Shown here: one piece after another, positions 48,790 through 62,252 of the stretch | How the letters are laid out: every line of letters begins with the position of its first letter | Position numbering within the stretch: the stretch's first letter is position 1 | From: Reclinomonas americana ATCC 50394 | Lineage: Eukaryota | DNA: 64,000 nt | Assembly: GCA_048213135.1 (NCBI GenBank) | Contig: PS015061.1 | Location: 178,628 to 242,627 of the forward strand | Direction: 5' to 3' | Position numbers and translations under genes: made by a program | Notes under the pieces: model-generated | Databases searched by the model: none | Told to the model about the DNA's origin: nothing | What the model saw: only the letters and a program-made list of their open reading frames with translations

Positions 48790-51700
48790 ATGTCAGAGAG
48801 CAGCGCGGATGATCATGCGGTGCGCCTGTTCATGCATGTGCATGCCGTACGTGTTCCGTTTCACTCATGCACACACAGAGCAATCCGCCACCACCTCCGC
48901 CTCCGCCACCGCCTATGCTCCCTCCACCTCCGCCTGCCTCACTCGCCAGGCGCGACACTGTAGAGGAAGAACCGAGGTTTGCCATGCACTTTTTGTCACC
49001 GGGAAAACTCCACTCTCTCTCTCTGACACACACACACACACACACAGGAGCACTGCTGGAGAGGCACAAACAGCAGCAGAGAGCGTCGTGTCTCCAGTCG
49101 CTGCACATCTGCATCACATCTCCTCCACTGCTGCTGCTGGGAGCGCCAGTGGAAGTGGAGGTGATGTGAGTGGAGATGATGACCGCGATACCTCTGTGGA
49201 GGCAGTGGTGGCCCCGGGTCTGCGTGTGCAGATGCGTGCCACTCGCCCGATGAGGTCTGTGTGTGTGTGTGGCGTCGTCGTCGACTGTCTGACATTTGCT
49301 GGTGCCTTGTCCGCGTACTCACTGGCGTGTGTGTGTGTGCTCAGTGTGACGGTCAGTCGCCGGGAGCAGGCGCGTCTTTTGCGTGGACTCGATGGTGACT
49401 CGTCGCCGTCGCCGGAGCCACCTGTGGTACCGCCGCCGGTTTGTGTGTCTCTCTCTGTGTGTGTGAGCCTGTTTGTCGTCGTCTGATCGGTATTGGCGTG
49501 ATTATTTTTTTGCAGTTCTTGGATGTGTCGGCGGTGGCGCCGCCAGCGGAGCAGCCGAGAAACGTCTCCATGCTGGACTCGGTTGGTTGTGCTGCTCTCT
49601 CTTGCTCTCTTTGTCTCCCTTCCCCTTTCCCTGCCCTTTCCCATTCCTTACGATTCCTTCCTCGCAGGCTTCACTTGCTTGGGCCGGCGCAGCTGCTGCA
49701 AGGTGACTATTGCATCTCTTGCCTCGCGCTTGCCCTCTTGCATTGACATTGTCGTTTACTGTGACGCACAGTGGAAGCGGCGCTCAATCGACCACGCACC
49801 AAGTCGTGATCTCCGACAAGGAGCGTGCGTACGCCGTCGCACAGGAGGTCATGCACGCGCTGACAGTGCATGCTACGGCCTCGACACATCGAGTTGCGTG
49901 CGAGCTTCTTTGCTGCCTGCACGAGCATGACGGATGATTGTGGTTGACGATTTTGATCCGTGTCGGCAGCCGCTCGAGTTCCACATGGCCGAGTCGGCAG
50001 AGTCGTCGGCGACCCTGGAACTCGTGACGGGGACGAAGAACGATGTGCACGTGCGCGAACTGGCGCTGGTGACCAGAATTCGTGCCACAGTGGAGAGTGG
50101 AAAGCAGTGCTGCAAGGCCATTTATGCGTACCGACCGGTGGGTCCGTCGTGCCCTTCCAACGCCGAGGTGCCGGTCGACGACGCGCAGCGCCAGGAATTT
50201 GAGGAGCGGCGATGCAAAGTGTTTGCGTACGCACTGCGGCCGCTGCAGGATGCCGCCGCGTGGCTGCGGCAGACGTGCGGCTTGGTGCAGGAGGCCATTG
50301 CTTTCGATGCCCAGCTGGATGCGAAACTCGTGGTGTCCGACATCTTCATGTCTGAGCTCACGCAGCTGCTGGACGCGGTCGTGCAACTGGAAGCGTATGT
50401 ATACTCGCGACCGTGTCTGCAGAATGACTTGTCGCTGTACAATCGGTACGCCGCATGATGTTTTCCTCTTGTGTGTGCGCATTTCTCTAATCCACATCGC
50501 CACAATAGGGCCCTCAACGTGAGGTCACGTAGTCACGATCACCACGATGACTCGTCGTCGGTTGTGAACCTGCAGTTGTTCCTGGCGCAGCCGGCGTGGC
50601 AGCCGCTGTTTGCTGCCATTGAGGAGTCGCATACGCGACACAGCCGAAATGTGCCGCGTCTGCTGACCGACGTGCTGGCCTGCTGCTGCACCACTGCCGA
50701 GCAGCAGTCGTACACCACTGTGGACCAGCGTTACGCTTGTGTGCGTGTGACTGCCTTGGTTCTTGCCATGCTGCTCAAGTTGCGCAAGCCGTCCGACAAG
50801 CCCGCCAAGCTGGCCGACCGCGACATGTGTGGCAGTGGTGCACTGGGCGACAGTTGCCTGCGGTTGATGCGAGTTGAGTATCGTGTTGACGTTGATGGCG
50901 TTTGATGCCCCACCGATCTCATTGTGCGCATACAAAACAGGAGCTTCCGATTGTGCCCGTGTACGCCGATGTGGTGCTGTCGCTGCCGTCTGCTCGCATC
51001 CTGCCGCCTGCCTACGTGGACGAGTGGCAACTCATGCCTCCGGCCACCAGCGCCGGCGCCATGACACGCTTGCGAGACAGGTGCTAGTGCTCACTGTGGG
51101 TGCTTGCGAAATGAGTGTCCTCTTAAACTTCTTTCTATTTGCTCCAGGTATCTTTTGTCTGCGGAAAAAGTGCGAAAGCTTCGCGACTTGGGCGACAGGT
51201 GGGCGCGCCAGCTCAGCGATCTGATGAGCGCGGTGCGGAAGAAGTCATGCGTCACTTTTCACATATCTCGCTGTCTCTCACTCTCTCGCTCAGTTGAAAG
51301 CCGCATCGCCGACGCCGGAGGTGCTCAAGTGGGCGTACGACCTACTGTGCGATGCCTTCCATCTCCTCCTCAGCACGCAATGTGTTCTGCGCGAGCATCT
51401 TGCCTGGCACTACACCTTCCCCAAAGTCATCGAGGATGGCGAAGAAGGCCGGTTGCGAGACCAGTACTATCTCGCCCTGTGTGGGTCAATGGATCGAGAC
51501 GAGCTGCTGATGCTCATCGAGTTGGTGGCCACAATCAAGGAGCTTGAAGGTGACTGCCGATGGCATCTCTTCTCTTGTGCGATAGCACTGCCTTAAAGAG
51601 ATCGAATATTGTGTTCTCCAGGTCACGTTTTGGCCAAGGAGTCCACTCTGGCACCGATCATTCGACGGCACGAGAACCACGTCGTCCAGCAGTTCGTGCA

Positions 51701-52414
51701 GCGCGAGATGCGCGATTTGCTGCGCTCCAAGGAGAAGAACGGCAAGAAGCGCCAGCAGCAGGTTCTGCAAGCGCTACGCGACGCTCTTGCGGATTGGTAC
51801 GAATGCATGGAGCCAGTCAACGACCCCGCGCTGAAGGGCCGCGATCTGTCCAAGACCAACGTCGACTGCCTGCCCCCAGTGCCACATCGTACCGTGGGCC
51901 CAACAGCTGGCGAGGTCCGCACGTCAACTTCTATCCGTATTTTTTCTGTGTCACTCCATTCTCACTGCACTGGTCGTCGTGCACGCTTGCAGTTGCTGCT
52001 GCTGCGCATCCGCCTCAACTGTCAGGTGAATACGCGTGCTCCACTCGGCGGCGGTCTCTTCAAGCATCCCGACTGGAAGGATCGTGAGGTCGACCAACTG
52101 CGTGCATTCCTCGCTGGAGTGGAGCACTTCCAGATGGTGCAGGCTGTCGATCCCACCGTCCGACAACTCGCCAACGTGGGCGACCTGTGGTTCCGCGAGA
52201 ATCACATTTGTCTCAGCGCACGGCCACAAATGCCGGTCGAGTGGTCGGTGCCGTTCACCATGCTGAAGCTCATCACCCGGCCCGACAACTCGGCGGCGAT
52301 GGACTGCGTTCCAGCCATTGTGTCGATTTACAACGATGCTGCCACTCGTGCGCTCCACGACCTGCGCCAACAGCACTTGTACGAGGAGATCGAGGGAGAG
52401 GTCCGTACTGTTGT

Positions 52415-52450
<36 letters not shown>

Positions 52451-53040
52451 NNNNNNNNNNNNNNNNNNNNNNNNNNNNNNNNNNNNNNNNNNNNNNNNNN
52501 NNNNNNNNNNNNNNNNNNNNNNNNNNNNNNNNNNNNNNNNNNNNNNNNNNNNNNNNNNNNNNNNNNNNNNNNNNNNNNNNNNNNNNNNNNNNNNNNNNNN
52601 NNNNNNNNNNNNNNNNNNNNNNNNNNNNNNNNNNNNNNNNNNNNNNNNNNNNNNNNNNNNNNNNNNNNNNNNNNNNNNNNNNNNNNNNNNNNNNNNNNNN
52701 NNNNNNNNNNNNNNNNNNNNNNNNNNNNNNNNNNNNNNNNNNNNNNNNNNNNNNNNNNNNNNNNNNNNNNNNNNNNNNNNNNNNNNNNNNNNNNNNNNNN
52801 NNNNNNNNNNNNNNNNNNNNNNNNNNNNNNNNNNNNNNNNNNNNNNNNNNNNNNNNNNNNNNNNNNNNNNNNNNNNNNNNNNNNNNNNNNNNNNNNNNNN
52901 NNNNNNNNNNNNNNNNNNNNNNNNNNNNNNNNNNGCTGCCACCTCCGTCGCGCGTCCACCGACCTACGCGCCGAACCAACGACGACTTGTTACGTAGGAG
53001 GAGTACGACAGGGAGGAGGTACCGGTACCGTCGTTGTTCT

Positions 53041-53084
<44 letters not shown>

Positions 53085-56000
53085 GTACAATTCACCTCAC
53101 TTCGTTTTCGCACAGGCCAACTTGGTGTGGGATTGGTTCAGCGGGAAACTGACTGACCAGGTGTTCTTGTGGCACAAGACGCACGCAGCGTGGTGCGTAT
53201 TTTTCAGTGCCGTGCACCTGCAATCTAACTAATACTCTTCTTGTGTCGGTGTGGTGTCGCCGCAGCATGATGCTCGATCAGTACTATTTGCATGAGGGCG
53301 TGCCGAAAAAGGAGCGCATTGCTCGTCTCAACTCCATGCTGCCGTCGCGCCAGCGTTTCCACGCACTCGTATCTGTGCGCTACATTCAGCTGTTGTCGCG
53401 CTCCATGGACATCCACGATCAAGTCACAAACAGCCTTGGCCGGCTGCTGCGCGAGAACATCCAATCGCTGCTGTTGTACTTGGAGTCGCTGAAGCTGACG
53501 AAGCTGCATGTGAGTCATTGATCGATCGCCGTCCAGCCACTTTGCTTCCCCCTCTCACCCTATCGCAGTATTTCACTTCGCGCTTCAACGTTCTGCGGCA
53601 AACACACGCCGCACTGCTGCGCATGTTCCCCAAGTTGGATCCGTGGGATGATTTGCTTGCCGAATGCAACGGAAGCACCTCGCTCGTGAGCTTTGACACG
53701 CGCATCGTTCAGCATGTTGCGTCTCGTTGACTGTTGCGCACTTTGAACTCTGTCACTCGTCTCACGTCGAAAACACGCAGGTGAATGCCGAGTTGGCGAA
53801 TGATCTGCTCCCGTGCTACTCGTACAACTCGGACACGCAGCGCTTCTTGCGACTCTCGAAGAACACCGACTACCATCGACCAAAGACACCGCCGATGCGT
53901 GCAATCTTTCACTTTGGTTCTGCGGTGTGTCTGTTGTCGACTGTGGGGACCGCGTGCGTGAAGAATGCTAATCGTGCTTGCCGAAATAGACCGTGCGAGC
54001 GGCGTACGACAAGCTGGCCGCGCTCAAATCCGGTTATTTTGGTGTGTACCACATGCAGGCACTGGCGCAGGTCGTCGGTCCCGCGTCGCTCGCCTCGGTG
54101 GTGAATTCGGTCACCGAATTTGTCGGCCGTGAGGTTCGCCTGCATTTCATCGCTTGTGTGCGCACCTCCTCCTCCTTACGCTCACCACTGTTTCGTGCAG
54201 TTTGGCGAGTCTCTCGAGTCGTTCCTGCGCGAGATCGATCCGGCGATCAGTATCCCCATTCGCCAACCAATAACTCAAATGCAGGCTGCCGGTGCGGAGA
54301 AACAGTCTTGATCCATCAATTCATTTGTATGCTGGTCACTGATGCGCATGTTGTGCAGTGTGCTTCGACCGCCTCCGTGTGATGCTCAAGGATTTGATCT
54401 CGTACGAGGCGCTTCGCGACGGCATTTTCCAGGTCCTCAAGGCCGGCGGCAACGGCTTGGCCTTTTTGCACTTGATGGACCAGGTTCTCGTGCAGCAGGA
54501 CCTCTCCGTCATGATGGTGGCCGCGCCCTTTGTGGGTATCTCCCCTGCCGACGCCCGTGTCGACTCCTTTGTGTTCCACGTTGCGTCCTGCGACTGCATT
54601 TGTCGCTGCCACTTGTTCCTCTGTGAATGGATATTCAATCGTGGCGCAGGACCTGCATGCTGGTCACGTGCACAACGCCATCAGCTTCTGGGAGCAAGAG
54701 GAGCAGGAGTTCTTCCAGCATGTGGATGAGCAACGAGCGGACCAAGTGCGGCGCACGCCCGAGGAAGTGCAGCAGCGAGCGACGGACTTGGGTCGGTTCG
54801 TGTTGGAGCGCGTCGGCCAATTGTGCCAGGAGCCCAATTGTTGCGTGGCGAGGGGCAAAAAGAAGCTGGGTGCGGCACCACACTGAACGTTCCGCGTCGC
54901 ACAGGGAGCACTTACATGCCACGAGGTGATGCGTCCGTCCTCGACGGAGCCCTGTGGCGACTTGCTCACGCTGTACGTGCGCGAGCACCGACGTGGGGCG
55001 GCGCGGAGACCGCCAAAGGCCACGTGGCAAACTCGTGCGAAGGCCGCCAGTTCCACCGCACATGGAGTGCATTGCTTTTCGTTGCGTCCATGCCACATCA
55101 CGCACCAGTGGATTCACCCACCGTCCTTATCGCCCGCTTTGTATATTGCAGGCATTTTGCATGAATGTGACGTTTGCCGACATTATTCGCCAGTCGACTG
55201 CGACGACACGCGCCACTGGTGCCGACGTTGGAGTCACTTTCCAGACCGTAGATCTGCAGCGGCCAGTCAACAGTGCGGGCGACGGACTTCTCTGGGCAGG
55301 GTGCGTATGCGTTATCGTCTTCTTTTTCGTTCATCACTCGATCACGTCCTCACTCTGTCGCTACGATTATGCAGATGCTTCTTGGCAATGGCGTTTGAGC
55401 AGCAGCACGTGTGGCACGCGACCGATCACTCGCGCATTCTTCTGCAGCTTCACGAGATGCAGCGCAGCATGCACCCGCCCATGCCTACCCTCGATGTTGC
55501 TGGCTGGACCGAGTTCACAATGAACGCGCGCTGGGCTCTGGCGCTGTGCTCGCGGATCGAGGGCGCCTTTGGTGCGCTGCAGTACATGCCCACCGCACGC
55601 TCACTGCCTGCGCTGCCGATACCGCAGGAGCGCCCTCGTGTCCGACTAATTCACGGTTGCGTCACTGGCATGCACGATTGCGATTCCTCCGTTTGTTCTT
55701 CTGATTGCCTCGCCGCAACAGTGGTGAACGACGCGAGCGCTGCCGCTGCGGAAGGGGAGTCCTCGACGGCGACGACGGAGGGTGAGGACGGAGCCACCGC
55801 TGCCGCTGATGCACCAGCGCCACCCATGCGTACGCAGTCGACCTATCAACCCGCACTCGAACGCATGCACAACGAGTCACAAGTGTGGGCTCCGGGCATG
55901 TTCTCCTCGTATCAGTTGGTGTGGGACGACTTGAATGTGCCTGGGCGCATGTGGAACCCGGAGCATGCCGCTGCACTGTCGGTAAGCCGTCGCGGTTGGG

Positions 56001-56885
56001 GAGGTTGTTTTTTTGGCTCGGATGATCTTTGCATCTCACACACTCGCGGCGCAGCGTTACGCCAAGGCAGCGCAAGCGAACCAGTCTCTATCGTCGCCGC
56101 TGGGATCACGAGCGGCACTCCGTTCTCGCCACGCACCCACGCAGTCGTACACTCGCGACGAGCTGCCCAATCTTGACGACGAGTTGTGTTTCTTTTCACT
56201 CGTCCTCATGCCGTTGCAATCTTCGGGTGTATTCATTCCTCTCTCTCCCTCACCCTCGCAGACCGGAAATCATCTTCCACGGCCCACTGCAAATGTGCAG
56301 CGAGCGCCGATGGTTCCTGCGGTACTGTTCGCTGAATTCCAAGGGCGAACTGGCGTGTTTCGACGACGAGGAGGTGTGTGTGTGCTCTGCCTTTTCCATG
56401 TTGACTCCCCGATTCTCACACACGCAAAAATGCAGAGTTATTTGTCCGGAGACGACGATCCACTCAAGACCCTCAGGCTCCTCCGACCTCCACAACTGCA
56501 GCCCGTCGACTTTAGCGGTCAGCCACGCGACGGCATGCACGTGGAGGTGGAGAAGACCGACGGCAGCCGCGCCCGCAAGGACTACGACCTGTACATTGAG
56601 CCATTTGACTTGTTCCGCGACTGGCACACAAGAATGACTGGCGTAGTGGAGACGCTGGCGGCAGTAGCGGCGGCCAGTGCAGCTGCTGCAGCAGCAGCAG
56701 CTTCGCCTGCATCGTCCGCCTCGAGCTCTGGTGCTCCTCCGGCGGCCGAGGCCGTGTGGTCACCGTCGGCTCAGGCGCCGACTCTGGCACCGCCACCTCT
56801 GCTGGCTGTGCCACCACCGGCCGTGGCGCCCCCACCGCTGCTGGCTGTACCACCGCCACCGCCGCCACCGCCAGCAGCGCCGTGA
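48790..56885 (+). CDS. Divergent CYFIP/Sra1/PIR121-family protein with poly-Pro N-terminus and C-terminal PH-like domain plus poly-Pro tail; about 28 exons
   Basis: CYFIP-like segments CLQNDLSLYNR, IVPVYADV, DLWFRE, QMPVEWSVPF, IYNDAATRAL..LRQQHLYEEIEGEANL, ELANDLLPCYSYNSDTQRF, FHRTWSALLF, GDGLLWAGC. Confidence 0.85.
52451..52934. other. Assembly gap (N run) inside a CYFIP-like intron
   Basis: Run of n; flanking exons (EIEGE | ANLVWD) join directly as in CYFIP. Confidence 1.
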
Positions 56886-57135
56886 AAGGAAAAATGCCAC
56901 TTTGTCGGAAAATGACCGTTTGATAAATTTGGACATGACGATTTTTTCTCCACATTGTGTGCGTTTGACGAGAGAGGAGAAGAGAGAAACGAAGGTGCTG
57001 CTCCCGCGCCGTCTGTGTGCCAGCTTCCCAGTTTATCATCATCATTTGTTACAACCGCTAGTTCTGCGTTTCGTGACAGTGACGAGAGTAGGAGAGACAA
57101 CTCAGCGTGATTCGTGATCGTCGGAGTAACACGCA

Positions 57136-60100
57136 ATGGCACGCCCGCGCCCTTTGGCCGGACCCTTCCACGAGTACAATGATTTCATCGAGGCCATGGA
57201 CCACTACACACCGGCCTCCAGTACCGCCTCCATCACCTCCATCGACTTCCCCATGGGCCTGAGCGCCTTGTCGGTGCGCATGCGTCTGCAGGAGGCACTC
57301 CAGCGGGGTGGCGCGTGCCCCACACCCAGCTCCATGTCGGCTGCCTCACTCGATCCCATGTCGACTCATGGCAGCCTGCAAGGCGACGAGGATCTGGCTG
57401 CGCCACTGCCGCCACCGACAATGCCCAACAGCCCACCGCCTCCACCGCCCTCCCCGCGACTTCGTTGCGCGGAGGCGTCGGCCGCCGGCACTGTGCCCTT
57501 TGGTGGCAGTGACCCGGCGCTGTCGGCCCGCGTGCACTCTGCTCGCGTCTCCTCGTCGTCGCTGTTCTCGGCCATGGCCGCGGCCACTGCTGTGGTGGAG
57601 ACGGCGACTCCGCGCCTTGCAAGCATGCCGCCGCCACCACCGCCTTCGGCACGAGACTTGACCGAGTCGCCGATTTATGCGTCGCCGCCTGAGCTGCTTA
57701 AGAGGCGAGTGCGCGCTGGGTGGCAGCAGGTTACTTGTGTTGTTTGTTGCTCACTTTGCGCTGTGACACAGACATCGTCGAGTCAGCGGCATGCATGATT
57801 CGATGACCGACGACCCGTTCGACCACTCGCCGCCACCTCCCGGCGGCCTGCTGTCGGCGCGACGATTTGATGTGGCCTCACCGCCGCGTCCGGTCCCGAC
57901 GCGCTCCGTTCCTCTGTCGCAGGCTCCCCTGTCGGCACGCCGGTCAACAGAGACCGCTATCGTTCCCACTCCGCGCGACAAGTTGCGTTCCTGATCATGG
58001 CCCTTGTGTCACAGGAAAAAAACTGACATTTCCCCCGTGCGCATGACACAGCGTGCTGAATGACATTGCCGACGACCCAGCGTCGCTGCTCTCCGACGTG
58101 AACCTGCAGTTTGCGGATCAGGATGTGCTGCGCTTTGCAAAGTTTAGCGAAAAGATCAAGCGATCATTACGCGTGCGCCGCGTCTCTCCGTGGCCTTCCT
58201 CCGACCCCGAATCGTGCTCGTCAGCGGCCTCGTCGGCCCGACTCGGTGTCGGCTGCACACAGCCAACCTCAGGTCGTGTCACACCGGCGGCCATGACTTC
58301 GGTCGCGCAACTGGCCACGACGGTCGGCAACATGCCACCGCCGCCCCCACGCTGCGCGAGCATGCCTGGTGCTGCCATGGGTGCAACTGCGCATGCACGT
58401 GGGTGGCGATCGCACAGCCCGGCATTGTCGATTGACGGCACCAACACGTCGGCCGACATTGTGTCGGCCACGGCGTTTGAGGACACGGACCGCGACACGA
58501 TCACGCCCGTGCATTTGCGCCACGCGGAAGCAGTAGCTCCGGCCACCGCTGGGGTGACCGGCGGTCATGCCCACAACCATCGCCACCACAGTCGCCATCA
58601 CAGCGACGACGTCGACGATGACGACGACGATGACGGAGACTGGTGCATCGACGAGGTGGATGGCGAGGTCCACGAGACGATCGGCGGCGAAGCCAAGTCG
58701 CTGGACACGGGCGAGCACACTGACGAGGCCGAGTCGACCAGCGACGTCGGTTCCATGTCGTCTGCATTTAGTGTGGCTCTCCGCCGACGATTCAGCCAGG
58801 ACCAGGAGAACATGCCGCCGCCCCCACTGCCACTCAAGGCCGCCACATCGTGCTCCGCCACTGCCCCGGGTTGCGCCACTCGCCATCCGCTGGTGCCGCG
58901 ACTGGCGCTGGCCTCGCTGCAGTCGCTGGCGGCCCCCGTGTGTGCACCAGCTGCTGCGTCCTCGGAGCCGGCCATGTGGCATCCACCGCGTCACGTGGTG
59001 CGAGCCAGCGGCAGCTCCCGTTCGTCGATCGACAGCGCTGGTAGCAGTGTCCGCCCACCGCCAGTGCCAGGTCCACGCCTCTCGGCGGCCAGCGGCGATT
59101 CGCTGCCGACACCGCGCTCGGCCGCTGGTGGACCGTTTGTGGCTCCACGCCCGCCATCCAGCCGCCTCAGTGCCGGCTCGTCATCGTCGGGCCACAGTGC
59201 GTTGCCGACTCCGCGCCTCTCCCTCAATCTGCTCTCGGCCGCCTCCAATGGCACCACTCCGCGCCTGTCGTTCGGCACATTTTCGTCAGTGTCGTCTTCG
59301 GCCTCTTCATCGACCGCCATGACACCACGCTCAGTGATTACGGGCGGACTCACGCCGCGAAGCGGAGGCGCTGCCGGCAAAGTGGTGAGCATGTCATTGT
59401 GATACTCTTCTTCTGCACTTCACGCTCACGTTGCACACTGTGGTTCAGATTGCTCCACCGCCACCGAGCCCCTTGCCCACCATTCCACAGTCCGACAGCA
59501 CGGCGCCAAGCAGCAGCACATTCACTCACACCAACAGTGGTGTTGCCCTTGACGCGCCTGCATTGCCGACTGCAGAGCCAACACCCACTGTGGACGTGCC
59601 AACACTGGCGACCGTGGTGACCTCGGCGCGACCGGACAACTCGGCGGCCTCGAAACTGCAGCGCATGGAGTGGATTCTGCAGCGCGATCGCCGTCAGAGC
59701 TGGCAGGCACTGTTGGCCTCCAAGGAGCGCGAGAAGGCCTTTTCGTCCACGGCCGCCGGTCGCCGCGTGCTGCAGCAAATTGGTGGCTCCTCACCCAACA
59801 AGCGCACGCCACGCGACACGGCCGCGGCCTTGACAGCCACCCTCGAGGCGCAGGCGCTGGACCAGGCCAAGACACATGCGTACCTTCGCAGCCTGGAGGT
59901 GCCGCAGCCGTCCGCGCCTCCAATGCCCACCAATAGGTTCCCCAACCTGACGGTGCGCGTCGGCAGTGGCGGTCCGCACGATTTCTTGGTGCAGGCACGC
60001 AGTGCGAGACAGGAGGAGCTGGCTCTCGAGCAGCAACGCCTCCTTACACCACGCGGTGCCAGCGAGGAGTTCATCCCGGAAGGTCGCAGCGGACACTGCT

Positions 60101-61893
60101 TGGCGTCGTTTGGCGAGCACGCCGTTCTCGCTTTCGGAGGCTGGGCAGGATACGGGCACCTCATGAACGACGCATTCTTCATCGACCCAGGTGTGTGTGT
60201 GTGTGCTACTAGCCAGTTTTTGTTGTGGCTGAATGAGCAAGGCGAACTCATGTGCATCCTGCTCAATAGTCTCGGGTCGATGCCGCCAGGCACACATCGT
60301 TGGCGATATTCCACCGCCTCGTGCGCACGCTTCGCTGGTATCTCTCCGTGACGCCACCAACACAGGTTGGTGCGCATTCCTGTGGGGCGGCCTTGGCGCC
60401 GACGATCGTATGAGTGACTCGTACATTTTCTACATCGGTGCGTTGCAAGTGCGGTCATCATTGTGCTTACGGGGGGGGCGTGTACTCACAATGTCGCGAT
60501 CAGATCTGGAGAACTTTGTGCTGGAGAGTCGTCAGGTGACCTTCCGAGGTGAGAAACCAACGCCGCGCAGCGGACACTCGGCCACACAAATCTCCGACGA
60601 TGAGGTGCTGCTGTTTGGTGGATTTGATGGCGACTACCGACAGGATGGATACATCTTTGACTTGGGTTGCGTTCGCTGCACTGCTCACTGTGTCACTATT
60701 ATGCAAGAAGCTAACAGAGCACTGCAGTCGCCCGACGGTGCAAGCGCTTGACGTGGGCTCGCGGTGTCATGCCGTGCCACCGCTCCGGTCACGTGGCGGT
60801 CATGATCGACGAGACCCGCATGCTGGTGTGGGGCGGTTGGAACACCGATAAGGACGTCGACCGCCACGCATACATTCTCGACACCAGTTGCGTTTGCAAT
60901 GCGCAGTGATGTGCAATGAGTGGCGGTGATGCTCATACGCCGACGAGCGCGCAGATTCGTGGTTGTGGAGCAAGCAGCGAATTGTGGGCGACGCCCCGCA
61001 AGAGTCTGTGTTCGAGGCCGCCGCCACGATGGTTGCCAGCAACAAGCTGTTGCTGTTTGGAGGTCGCAATCGCGACAACAAGTATCCGCGGAATACCTAC
61101 GTTATTGATACCAGTTGCGTGCGCATCATGGCCACTCGGCTTTCCCGTCGTGTTCGTGCGTGCTGACGTGGTGTGTGTCGGTCGCCAGTCACCATGGAGG
61201 GTATTCTGCTGGTGCTGGACTCGGAGGAGGCACCAGGTCCGCGCCAAGCCAGCAGTCTCGTCCCCGTCGGCCGCAATCGCGCGCTCTTGTTTGGCGGCTA
61301 CCGCCGCACTCGCATGGCCGACGTGTATGTCTTTGATTTGAAGAAGGGTTTGTCAGCTCCTACCCCCCCCCCCCCCCCCATGTGTGCAGTCGACGACACT
61401 CATTCGTGGCCTGTTGCTGTAGATTTGTCACTGCGCACACTTGATGCCGGTGCTGTGGCCAGCAGCGGCATGGTCGAAGCGTTGCAGTGGAGCGCGCCAC
61501 CCAAATCGAAGCAGTTGCGTGGCATGGAATGCTGCCACTCTCTTATCTCCAGAAACTCACGTGGTCGTTCGCGCAGCAGTAATGATGAAAACCGCGATCC
61601 GGTCACACTGAGCCCCGTCAACGGTGTGTCGGTTCAGCGCGTGAAAAAAGGTCGCTGGGAGAAGCGACATGAGGCCGAGGACTCCACACTTTCCGCACTT
61701 CTGGCCACACTCACTCCGTCGTCCGCCTCGTCGACCGCGGCAGCAGCCGCAGCCGCAGCCGAGCGCGCTCGACGCACATGGGATAGCACGGTACGCTTGT
61801 TATGTTGATCTGATATGTGTGAGGCCGTCACTCACCTGCCCTTTCTCGTTTCGCGTGCAGACTCCACAAGCACGCATGATGCTGCGACGGTGA
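57136..61893 (+). CDS. Kelch-repeat beta-propeller protein with very long Ser/Pro-rich N-terminus; about 11 exons
   Basis: Six blades: PEGRSGHC..LAFGG, PPPRAHAS..FLWGG, PTPRSGHS..LLFGG, PCHRSGHV..LVWGG, ESVFEAAA..LLFGG, PGPRQASS..LLFGG. Confidence 0.88.
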
Positions 61894-62252
61894 ATCAACT
61901 CCCGCACAGCACACCATAGTACAGCACGCAGCATAGCACACAGCACTCGGCGATTTTCAACAAACACATGTTACTTTTTTGTTTCATGCTTCTAAGATCG
62001 TCTTCTTGTTCAATGCGTGTTTCTACGTGTGGGTGTGGGGTCATCAAGCCCAAGGAGGGGCTTACTCGGTCGCCTCGGAGAGGGCGCTGGCGCTGGCACT
62101 CGGCACACCGCCGTCGCTCTTGCTGGCGTCCTGCAAATTATCAAAGCTGCTGGCGCGCCCACGCACTCGTTTCGGTGGTGTAAAGACCACGTCCTTGAGC
62201 GAGTCCACAGCCTGGAGGAGGGGAGATTTAGCGGCGATCGCTCATCGTTCAT

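Noticed and set aside
43419-56885. Actin-regulator cluster (profilin-like near CYFIP-like)
   Set aside because: Only two genes, separated by an unrelated gene; proximity is plausibly chance
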